Below are positions 16,010 to 27,600 of a stretch of DNA of 64,000 nucleotides, one piece after another (within the stretch, counting starts at the first letter, position 1; each line of letters opens with the position of its first letter). This stretch comes from the human T2T-CHM13v2.0 reference genome, Homo sapiens. The stretch is taken from the NCBI GenBank assembly GCA_009914755.4, contig CP068257.2, positions 25,248,001 through 25,312,000 on the forward strand, given 5' to 3'. The notes under the pieces were generated by a model. It did not search any database. It worked only from the letters and a program-made list of their open reading frames with translations, and was not told where the DNA came from. The translations under genes were made by a program, and so were the position numbers.

Positions 16010-17215
16010 GTTTTTTGTTTGTTTGTTTGTTTTTAATAGATTTGTTTTTTAGAGCATTTACAGCTTCATAGCAAAATTGAAAGGAAGGTAGAGAGACTTC
16101 CCATATACACCCTTCTCCCACATATGCACAGCCTCCCTTGTTCCCAGCATCTCCCACCAGAATGGTACATTTGTTACAATTGATGAACCTACATTGACAC
16201 ATTATTATCACCCTAAGTCCATGCGTTAGGGCTCACTCTTGGTGTTGTACATTCTATGAGTTTGGACAAATGTATAATGACATGTATCCACCATTATAGT
16301 ATCATACAGAGCAGTTTCACTGCCTAATATGGTTTGGTTCTCTGTCCCCACCCAAATTTCATCTTGTAGCTCCCATAATTCCCATGTGTTGTGCGAGGGA
16401 CCTGGTAGGAGATGATGGAATTCTGAGGGTGGGTCTTACCATTGCTGTTCTTGTGATGGTGAATGGGTCTCACAAGATTTGATGGTTTTAAAAATGGGAG
16501 TTGCCCTGCACATGCTCTCTTTGCCTCCCGCCATCCACGTAAGATGTGACTTGCCCCTCCTTGCCTACCACCATGATTGTGAGGTCTCCCCAGCCATGTG
16601 GAACTGTGAGTCCAATTAAACCTGTTTTTTTTTTGTAAATTGCCGAGTCTCAGGTATGTTTTTATGAGCAGCATGACAACAGACTAATACACTGCCCTGA
16701 AAATCTCCTTTGCTCTGCATATTTATCCCTCCCTATGCCCAAACCCTGGCAACTACTAATCTTTTTACTGTCTCCATAGTTTTGCCCTTTTCAGAATGTC
16801 AAACATTTGGAATCACAAAGTATGCAGGCTTTCCATATTGGCTTCTTTCACTTAGTATCATGCATTTCAGTTTTTGCTATGCCTTTTCATGGTTTTATAG
16901 CTCATAGCTCATTTATTTTAGCACTTGATAATATCCCAATGTCTGGATGTACCACAGCTTATTTATTCGTTCACCTGCTGAAGGACATCTTCGTTGTTTC
17001 CAGGTTTTAGCAATTATGAATAAAGCTGCTATAAACATCTTTGTGTGGACAGAAGTTTCAGTCTTTCTGGGTAAATATCAAAAAGTACAATTGCTGGATT
17101 AAATGGTAATAGTATATTTAGTTTTGTAGGAATCTGTCAAAATGTCTTCCAAAGTGCCTGTATTATTTTTCATTCTTACCAGCAATGAATGAGCGTTCCT
17201 GTTGCTCCACAGGTA
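16010..17215 (-). mobile_element. Older LINE-1 (L1M/L1PB-like) 3' portion in minus orientation. Its T-rich tail is at the left, and it is interrupted at 16325-16691 by a THE1 LTR insertion.
   Basis: The T-rich (TTTG)n tail is followed by ttttagagcatttacagcttcatagcaaaattgaaaggaaggtagagagacttcccatata...tccaccattatagtatcatacagagcagtttcactgcc. After the LTR it continues ctgaaaatctcctttgctctgc...ccctggcaactactaatctttttactgtctccatagttttgcc...ttcacctgctgaaggacatcttcgttgtttccaggttttagcaattatgaataaagctgctataaacatc...caccagcaatgaatgagcgttcctgttgctccacag. This is a very common old-L1 antisense sequence. Confidence 0.8.
16325..16691 (+). mobile_element. Solo LTR of the THE1/MST (ERVL-MaLR) type in plus orientation, nested inside the older L1, with an intact 5-bp target-site duplication CTGCC.
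   Basis: It starts taatatggtttggttctctgtccccacccaaatttcatcttgtagctcccataattcccatgtgttgtgcgagggacc and ends ...gagtctcaggtatgtttttatgagcagcatgacaacagactaataca. CTGCC sits at 16320-16324 and again at 16692-16696. ORF 16324..16674 lies inside it. Confidence 0.85.
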
Positions 17216-18420
17216 TTTTTAAAAAGTGCCACAGGTGACTTTAATGCAGCCAAGTTTCAGAAGCCACTGACTTAGGGCAAGAACATCTGTCAGCAAACAT
17301 CTTCTCTCACTTAGTATTAGTTTCCTTATCTGGTAGAAGAGAAGCCTTCCATAAGACAATAGATCATTGCTTCTTTCTGACTTTCTTGAACATGCTGTTA
17401 CTTTAATGTTTTTATTATAAAATCCTTCAAGGAAATACATGTCCATGCCAAAATATGAGACCCAATTGGCAAATGGAATAAGCCAGAATTACCAAGGATC
17501 TAAGATTACTTCTTTGTGCTTTTTAAATTTTAAAATATATTGTCATCTAAGATACATTGACTACAGAATGATAGAGAACAGTACCAACAAAGCCAAGATC
17601 TTGAACTGGTGCCAATGCATAGGAAAGCTTATTGGGCTCTGTTCATGGCCACAGACCTCTAACCTGATGAAGGCCTCACATTACCGACAAAAAAAGAAGA
17701 AAAGGTATGTTCCTAGACTACTTTCTCCTAAACTCCTGGCCCTTAGGTGCTTGCTTTATCTTTAAAAGGAAGGGAGTGGATGATACGATTTTTAAGCTTC
17801 CTTAATTCTCTAATCTATGCATTACATTATTTTTCTTCAGTAACAGAATTTCATTAGCATTGACGACAAGTTAAAAAGCATGTTCTACTAACTTTTCATC
17901 AGCTACGTTAGATGTAATAAATATTCTTATACTGGGTCTATGATAAGATAAGTGAAAGACTTGCTTCCAGCACCAAATTTGAGCAGGGCGGAGGTTTGGT
18001 AGACTTTGTTATCAAGAAAAATTATACTTTAGTGTTACAGTTTTAAAAATTTAAATTACTGCACAACAATCCACGATGGATAAATCATCAACAGTTCTAA
18101 ATAGAGACAGATTGCATTTTTAAATTAAATGTTTTGTATTATAAATTAATATCTACAATGTTCTAGCTAATATTAAAATCCATATTCATGTAATCATTCA
18201 TACAACAAACTTGTAGTGATTACAAATATAAGGATGTTTAAAACATGACTTTGCCCTCTCAAGACTTATAATGTTATGTGGGGTAGTGACGTTGTCAGGG
18301 TAAGGAAGAAACAGACTTCTGCAATTTATTTAAAGTCAAGGCAAAAATAGAAAAGTATAATAATATAGATACCCATAATATCGACATTTAGAAGCCATAG
18401 TAATTGGTTTTTACTGGAAA

Positions 18421-18468
18421 TGAGTGTGTGTGTGCGTATGTGTGTGTGTATGTGTGTAATAGAATAGT
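18421..18468. repeat. (TG)n microsatellite.
   Basis: It reads gagtgtgtgtgtgcgtatgtgtgtgtatgtgtgtaat. Confidence 0.9.
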
Positions 18469-19394
18469 AGCAGCAGAATTGGGCCATCTGCTTGACAAAT
18501 TAGACCTTTTAACTGCATAGAGCTTTGTTAGGAAAGATGATTGAAAGACAACCTGGCTGAAGAATTATATGGCAAAGACCCAGAGACATGAGCATTTAGA
18601 GGAAATCTGGCCTTTGTGTCAGAATCATCAGTGTGTTTGATCAGGTATAGCAGTTGCACATGTGGCTAGAAAAGTTGGTTGGAATTTAGATAAGTACCTG
18701 TCATCTGCTAGATTCCAGAGGAAGGCATGCACTATGGGGTCAAACACTGAGCTGCAAATATTCTTTAAAGTGTGGAATCCTCACAAGTGAGAATCCACTG
18801 TATTTCTAAATACAATAGTGTTTTGGAATTTTGTTGCTTTGACCTAGTAATGTTAGCTGAGAAGATTTAGTTAAACATCCAGGAAAACACGCTGCCTCCA
18901 AAGTTTAGCTTTGAACTGAGAAAAGGAATTATTCACTGCTTCATCTATATCATATGCACAGTGAATCAAAACCAATATAATTTGTTTTTAGTGACTACCT
19001 TTCATTTTGGTGGCTTGAGTACTTTAACATACTAGTCTCTGTGTATATCAGGCTTTGAATTGAGTCAAGATTGACAATTATGATTGAGAATCATTTCCAT
19101 GAGAGAAAAGCAAGCACATCAAAGTGCAATCATTTTTCAAATCGTACACTTGATTCTGGAGATGTAGTGTCTTTGGCCTTGACTTGAAAGCTGTGGTGTT
19201 GAGTCCTTTAGGAGGTGGAAGGTAATGGGTTTAGACAGCAGAAATAAACAAGAACTTCAGGAATCCTGGTTTGACATGATGGAATCCAGTGGCAAGTACA
19301 CTGTATATATCTAAAAATGAATAACAACCTCATGAAAATGTAAGTAGAACTTCATAGTGCTTTCTACCCTGATCTTACCTGATCTTAGCCATAG

Positions 19395-19530
19395 TGCTTG
19401 TAGCCTTCTCTTTCTTTCTCTCCTTCCCCCTTCTCTTCCACTCTTCCTCTTCCTCCCTCCCTTCTCCTCTTCCTCTTCTTATTCTTCCTCCTCCTCCTCC
19501 TTTCTCTCTATTTGTCTCTCATTTCTTGAC
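19395..19530. repeat. Polypyrimidine (CT-rich) low-complexity tract of about 135 bp.
   Basis: It reads ttctctttctttctctccttcccccttctcttccactcttcctcttcctccctcccttctcctcttcctcttcttattcttcctcctcctcctcctttctctctatttgtctctc. Confidence 0.9.
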
Positions 19531-22500
19531 CTCTAAGATATTGTTTATTGTGGTTCCTTTTTGGTATTGACCAAATTTCTGGCTATTGTGTTACTGGTGA
19601 CTTCTTTTCTAAATTAGGAAATTGTGTTTGGAAAAACAGAAAGAAAAATACTCCCCTTGCTCCCCAAATTTTTGTTTCTTTCGTCAATTAGAATAACATT
19701 AGGGCCAAGTTTAATGGCCCTAATGTTAAATAGCCAAGTTTAAGAATGTATATTTTGGCATAAATCTTCATGTACAAGCTTTTAAATAACTCTTACTCTC
19801 AAGCAAAAGTTTAAGAATTTTTAAACAAAAAGATTATTAAACAAAAAACCAATATCTATGCTAAGAAATGCACATTGGAAACTGAATTAGGATTGTCTGT
19901 TGTAGTATCATGTTTTTGTACTTCCTAGAATTCCCTAAAAACTAGAACATGGTCATTTACAGAGTTTATTATTTAAAAATACACGCTATTTGCACCTAAA
20001 ATAAGATATTATTTAAAAATGCCATTGAGGAAACAAAACTTTCATTCTTCTCAACTCTTTTCATTTGGCTATATGGAAAACATTCCATTTAACTCATTCA
20101 GAAAATGTGCAAAACTGGCTTTACGTACAACACTAATTTTCTAAAATGCATGGGCCAGGGCCGTTTTCCATAGATTTCTTGCAATCAGTTGCATATGGCT
20201 GGAAGTAGAACTAACGGTGATTTACAGTAATTGCCTGTCATCAGTCTATGCCATGTTCACCTGCATAATCCATCAATTGTCCCAACAGTGCCCACAGCTC
20301 ATAACCTACCTGAGGTTATTTGGGTCTCAGGAAACACACAGCACGTGCCAATGTTCCAAGAATGAAGCTCTGGTTCCCAGCTTCTGCTGCTCCAACTTCT
20401 ATAGCAGCAAGGAGAAAAGAGTAACAGACATACTGATCACATCTAATTAGAAGGTAAGAAGTATTCCCTTGAGCATGTTTATGACATAGGCACAATAGGA
20501 CAGGAGTAGTCTATTCAAGCGGGTTCCTCAATCTCAGGACTACTGACATTCTGGAGAGAAACATTCTTTGTGTCGGGGGATGGGGGCTGTTCTGTGCATT
20601 TCAAAAGCTTCTTTGGATTCTTTCCACTAGATGTCAATAGCATCCCTCCCACCACTGTGGCAATCCACAACATCTCCAAACATCACAAATATCCCACGGG
20701 GAGAAAATTTTTCCGGATTTAGAACCACTGTACTAAGGGAAAATTAAAACTAGAAATTTGTAACTGGTCAGCATTATATACTGAATGTATGAAGTATAAG
20801 TAGTCTACATAGTGAAAAAATAATAGGACAAATATTCGTAAAACTAACTTAAAGTGATGTGTATAAACACAAAGCATACATTGACCTTTTGGAAAACTTT
20901 TCATGGGTGAAAGGGAGTGGTAAAAATAAACCTCTACCGTTATGACCCTTCTGAAGCAACTGTGTTTGGAAGAAAAAATGAAATGTGAGAATGGTAGAAA
21001 CTTTTTTCTACACTGGTTCTTACTTTGACCAACTCATTGGTTTTCATTGTACCCTTCGGCTTATGTAAAATAATTATAACTTTTCTTTTCCATGATAGCC
21101 TTTCAACTATTTGAAAGCACATGCTGTTTTGTTCTGAAGTCCATTTTCCAAACTTTATTTTGTTATACAAAATAGGACATAGTTTTAGATCCTCCATCTT
21201 TCTAACCTTTCTCTAAGCAGAGCTTCAATCTGTTTATATTATTATTAAGATTCCCAAGGTTGAGAATCCTAATTCCCATGAGAAACTGAATCAGTTAGAA
21301 ATGCTTTTGTCTCCAAAATTCAGAATATCCTGCAGTGATTTAATCCTTTAACAAAAAAAGTTCTTACATAACAAAAATTCCAGGGATGGTTAATTGTTGA
21401 TATTTGTTCAACTGCTCAAAGACCTAGTCTCTAGCTGAGCAGATGTTATTATGGAGCAAAAAAAGCAGGTGGAATGGAAGTTAGCAGTGTCAGAATCTGC
21501 AACATACCTTATCAATGCAGACTAGGAAGAGCATCACCATTTATAACTGTATTAATGCACTTTAAGAGCTTGTTGCTTCTCTGGGTATTGTATTACATGA
21601 CTGATACTGTATCTACCTGTATCATAGAAGCAATTCCACTGCAATGTAATTTCCTATATATGCACCCCGTTGGCTTTTGCTTGTTGAATATTGAAACCGA
21701 GTCTTATTTGTGATCACATCCCTGTATTATTCTGGGTCATATTACATATGTGCTCAAGAATTGTTTAAAGGATCAATGAATACTAAATATGTTCTAATTT
21801 TAGGAGCAAAATTTTCACTTGTGAGAAATTACTTCTTAGAAAATTTCCATTTGCAGCACATTTGTTTTTGTTTATGTTACATTGGATTTTCTTATTTAGC
21901 TTCTGGAGGTATATAAATTATCTCAAAGTTGTACATAATATTTTGTGTGCATGCTCATTTATTAAGTAAACTACAGCTTTAATAAGTTTCTTAAAGAAGC
22001 ATTTGGTTCCCTGCATCAGATGTTAAGTTCCTATACAATACAGATTTTTTGGAAGAGGATAAATGAAAGATCAAAGTTAAAGGACTTCGAGAGAACATTT
22101 ATTTTCAAGAAAATGTGACAGCCAGCTGGGGCCTATTTTAGAGAGATTTCTGTGTCCTCCTATGACCCCAAAGTAAAAAAAAAAAAAAAATCTACAACGA
22201 CAATTCCGGATTTTATGTCTAATTCTGTCACTGAGCTCACATAATGGGGACCAGTCAATGCAAAAATTTTGGAAATGGCTTAGGAGTCTGATTCTAATGG
22301 ATTGGAAAAATAACAATAATGTGCTCCAGAAACACTCAATCAATATTAAAATAGTTTCATTCTTTCAGTATGAGGAGGGTGCAACATACAATCTGTCCTT
22401 TCTGTAGTTTCCTGACCCATTTTTAGCGGTAGGTGCCTTTTAAAGTCTGTGTTGATGAATTTATATAATTGATCCATAATCTCTGATCAGCCCCATAGGA

Positions 22501-24179
22501 GCAATGGCAGAGGAACACGCAGGACTTAGGAGTGAGCTGTATCACTTGAATGGAGCTGGAACTTAATTGTAGCTTCATTAAATAGATCCAAACTAAGGCT
22601 AGCTACATTTTCTAAGTATCACATTTCCCAAGTCTTCATTTTCCTCATTAGAGGGGTTTCAGTTGCTCACAAAAGACCCAGCAGATGCCTGAACAATTCA
22701 TTATACTCTTGTACACATCTGGCTTAATCAATTTTGTAAAATGAAGATGTCTTGTCCAACTTTACATGTAGAACAGATAAAAACTTTCTTTCCTACTGGA
22801 AAATATATTTGGGGCCTGCTTACATCCTGATTCACAGAATGGTCCCCTTACTTCCTGTCTACCTTATATCTGAATACCTCTGGTTCACAGAGTAACAACA
22901 CCTTTCAGAAATGTTGAAATTTTTTTTTCAGGGTAAGGCATTTAGATTGGGAGACAAACAAACAAACAAGCAAAAGAATCAATTCATCCTCCCCACCCTC
23001 ACCAAGGAAGCTTCCCCAGTCAGAGCACTAAGTTAATTACAATACTGCGACTTCTTATCTGCAGTTTGCTTATCTTATACTTGATCGCTTTTCAGCCTTT
23101 TGGCTAAGAGCAAGTGTAGTATTTTATACTTGAATGGATACAAAGGGTAGTAATCTCCTCCTCACTGATAACTATTATGCCTTTGTAATTCTAAATATTG
23201 TTTCTGAAATAAGAGCCTCATTTTTTCTGCATGTAGGAAAGACATGTTAACAATGAAAAATTTACTTTAAAAGGTTGGTAACCAAAGTATAAAGTGGCAT
23301 ATTTTATAATTTTTCCATTTCTCGAAGAATCAAGGTAGTATCTTTGAGTGTTGTTGATTCACGCGTTGTGAAATTTTTAATTAGTTGTGTTACAAAGGAA
23401 TATTCTGGCACTTCCAAGGCTTGAGCATAAAACATCTTAGAGATTCTACTTGGTTTTCTGCAAAAACCTATTCTTAGAACCCTTAGCCACTTTGTAAGAA
23501 GAGTGAATACCCTGTTGAAGAGGCCACACAGAAAGGCCTTGCGAATACCTGGAGAGGGAGGGGAACCCAGCTGAGACTGATTATCTAGCTGTCCCATCCA
23601 AGACATGAGGCATGTGATTAAACCTGTCTTGGACCTTCCAGTTAAGTCCAGTTGGTGTGTGGAGCAGAAGTATCACCCAGCTGAGAGCCCTGACTCACAA
23701 AATCATAATATTCAATAAAGTGTTGCTTTAAACCACTCCATTTTGGGAAATTAAGTAATAACAGCAATATATAACCAAAACACGTTTGTCAAATCTTTGA
23801 CCCATTTGATTAAAACCGTTACACATGTATTGATTGCCAACAAAGAATTTTTAGCTGCATTTGGAAAACATTTTTCCAGGCAATAAATCTCCATATCCAT
23901 CAATTTCCTGCCCCTGTTTTCTGCCTTGTGTTTGCTTGTTTTTATCACTGTGACTACAGATTGCTACTCTACATCACATTTTTAACCAATCCTGTCCTGG
24001 AGTCAGTGTGTATATATGCAGCCCTTGTTAACAGCTCAAGTGACTTGATAGCAAAATTAGATTAGCGATGGTCTTGTTCCAAGATTTTGTGCCTGATCTG
24101 GTAACTCTGAGTTTGAGTTTTTCTTGTTTCCACCTTGTCCTGTAACCGTGATAGTGACAGGAGGCTACCAAATGCCTAG

Positions 24180-24650
24180 GCTGATGGGGCAGGTCCCATC
24201 CAAAGACAGTTTAAAGCCTGAAAGCCAAGCTACAATTTAAATTTTCACACCGGATTAAGAACTTGTCTTCCTGCTTGGCATGCTTTCCTCTGACTGATCA
24301 CCACCCTTAGCCTATTTTACATATACCTACCCTTTCCTAATTGTTTTTCTACACTGTCGTGCCCACCTTTGAGTGGTGTTTTTGCTTCAAACTTTTTTGC
24401 ATACTCACAAACCAATCAGCATGCACTCCCCATTTTGAGTCCATAAAAGCTCCAGGCTCAGCCATATTGGGGGACTTTCCTGCTTTTAGGTAGGGGAAGC
24501 ACCCCCCGCCCTTCTTTCTCTTTGCTGAGAGCTTTCCTTTCATTTAATACATTCTACTCCACTCACTCTCTGGTGTGCCTAATTCTTCCTGGTCATGAGA
24601 CAAGAACCTGTACCTAGCTGAGCTAAGGAGCAGAAAAAAATCCTGCATCA
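24180..24650 (+). mobile_element. Probable ERV-derived solo LTR with a U3-R-U5-like layout.
   Basis: ccaatcagcatgcactccccattttgagtccataaaagctccaggctcagccatattgggggactttcctgcttttaggtagggg...ctttgctgagagctttcctttcatttaatacattctactccactcactctctggtgtgcctaattcttcctggtcatgagacaagaacctgtacctagctgagctaaggag resembles class I HERV LTRs, with a TATA-like box and a poly(A)-signal-like region. I did not identify the family. Confidence 0.4.
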
Positions 24651-27600
24651 ACCCCAATAACTGGATTGTAATCTTGTTCATTCTGCTTATAGGCCTAACA
24701 TGGTAGCCTTTCTAATAATCCACTCTAGATTGAGATTATTCCTTGTTTTCGTGTGTACATTCATTTTCTATTACTACCATAACAAATGCCAATCATTCAG
24801 CATCTTTACCAAACCTATTTATAATATCACAGTTCATAGATATCTAAGCTCAGCAGAGCTCAGCTGGGCCTCTGCTCTGGGTTTACAAGGCTGGAACCAA
24901 GGTATCAGCAGTGCTGCATTCCTTTCTAGAAGATCTAAGGATGAATCCGATTCCAACAAACTCCTTCATGTTTTAGCTAGAATTCATTTGTTTTGAAGTT
25001 GTAGAACTGAGGTTCTCATTTCCCTGCTGGCTGTCCCATTGGCCAGGTGTCATTCTCAGCTTTCTAGACACTGCCTGAATCCTTTTGATCCCTTTCTTCA
25101 TCTTCCTAGCCAGCAGTGGAGCATGGACTCCTTCTCATGCTTGGAGTTCCTCTAACTTCCCCTTCTGCCTTTCTCTTCTGCTTTTAAGAGTTCATGTGAT
25201 TAAACTGGGCTCTCAAATTAATCCAGACTAATCTTCCTATTTTAAGGTTTGTTGGTTATAAACATTAATTCCATATCCACAGTATTTTCACAGCAGTACC
25301 TCAATTTGTGTTTGATTGAATGACCAAGAGACAGGAACTATGGGGGCACATCTTTAGAATCCTGTCTTCCACTTTGGTGTCATACCAGGAACTGAAGATC
25401 TGTCTTTGAATCAAGTAACCAGGTTCTTGCTACTACCCATCTACCATGGCTCCTCTACTTCTTGGGCCTAAACTTGGCTTGATTTTTTTCTAAAATTTTT
25501 TTTTTAAACAGCATTACTTGTTAAAAATATTTATATACCCACATTTTGCCATTTTGCAGAGACATCATCAACTATTTCCTGAACCCTTTAATAATTATTA
25601 TTTGACTGGGTTGCCATCAATTTATTGATTCAGTCATTTATTCAACAAGTACTTATTGAATGCCAGGTACCTTCTTAGGAGCTGGTAATACAGCAATGAT
25701 ACAAAATAAAGAGTATGGTCTCAAAGTATGTACATTTCTACATCTGGTTATATGATAGGGATAACAGACTTATACAAACGAGGATATGGTGAAATTTCAG
25801 GAATTTACAAGTGACATGAACAAAAATGAAGGAGAAATGTGTCTATTTAATTTAGGGTGGTCAGGAATGGACTCTCTGAGGGATAACATTTAAGTACAGA
25901 CTTGAAGGAAGCCAGGAAGCCAGTGTATATCTGGAGAAGAGCGTTTTAGGCAAAAGATTCTGGAAAAGGTTTAAACTTGATGCCGTAAAGAGTAGCAGAG
26001 AGGCAAAGTAGCTGGGGAGTGAACCAAGGGGTAAGAAAAGGAGGGAAAATCAGACAGGTCGGTGGTATCAGATCCTGTGGGGCCTTGAAGCCTGTGGAAA
26101 GAAGATTGTTTCCTACTTTCAGTGAGTTAGTAAGGTGTTGGAGAATATTTGGCAGAGGATTTAAATGATCTCACTTAAAGCTTTTCATTATTAGTCTAGC
26201 TGCTGAAGGCAGCAAGAAGTCCCATAAAGAGGCATTTGCTGTTGTTCAGGATAGAAAAGATTAAAGGATTCTACTCAAGTGGTAGCAGTGTAGGAGCTAT
26301 GAACTGGCTGGTCTTAACATAATCTTAAAAAAAGAGACATCTATTGCTTGTTCTCATATACTAATATTCTGTCTGACACTCTTATAGCTGGTCATAGTCA
26401 GGCACTTCCTTTGAGTGTTCAAAGCAACATCTTTGAACAGAGGGATGGTAAAGGAGCTTGACAGTAAAGAAACAATCTAGGTGGAATCTTTACAATGTCT
26501 AGTAGGTAGCAGACATATTTGGAAGATGAAGAGGTTAATGCTTCTCAAAGTTTTGTAGATAAAATACTCTTTTTAAAATCTAAAACTGGCTCAGCCACTA
26601 TTTTTGGAAGCAGTCTACTTATAAGTGATTAAGAAATATTTTCCCATGCTTTCCAAGATTTAGATGCTTCTTATAGTAAATAACAACAATAAAAAGCCCA
26701 TAATTCCAATTGAAAGCAAATCCCAAAGGAGGCTTAGTAGGGAGACAAAGCATTGGAGGTAGCTAGAAGTAGAAGGAGAAATCTATATTACAGAAAATCT
26801 TATGAATGTACATTGGAGTGAGGTCTTGGGCTAGGTACTGCCCCAGATGGTTAATCATTCTGGCATCGTGTCTCCTTATGTGACAGACATGGATAGGAAC
26901 TAGAAAAAGCAGGGCTATTCTACTATACTCCCTCACCTGTATCTACATAATGACATATAATCATTTATTTTGTGGGAATTTAATTTAACAGAATTTAATT
27001 GAACAGATAAAACACTCAATAATATATCAGAAAAGACCCAACAGAATCTGAGAAATAGAGATGATTTGGACTTCACAAACATCTAGAGTTCCATTTCTAA
27101 GCATCCCCTTTGTTCATTCTACTCCTAATCCAAAAGCTATCCCCATTACCACTTTTATGCCTTTGACCTTGTCTGACCCAACTCATTTCCAGCTGTGAAG
27201 GAGTTTGTAAGGTAAAATACCAAACTCTTTTTTGAAAAACTCTTACCAGCAATTTCTTAGTTTTCTACATCAAATTATCTCTCCTCTTTCCTTAAACAAC
27301 AATCTTCTGTGCTACCTTCAGCTCCTGGCTCTATCCTTACTGCTTGCCTAATTCTTCATAGTTTCCTTAACATTTTCATTGGAATTTTAGGAATGTTCTT
27401 GCTTTTACTCAGGGGGCCTACACATTAGGCGTAAACACTTCCCTCCATTTCTCTAATCTCCCAGTCAATCCTTCAACCACCCTGCAATCTCTCGCTCAGA
27501 TTCACTTTTGCACCAACCTAATAGCTAATAATTAATGGCTATCATATTGTGACTGTTATCTGTAACATGGAATCTTAATACCAGTATCACAAGAGCCAAA

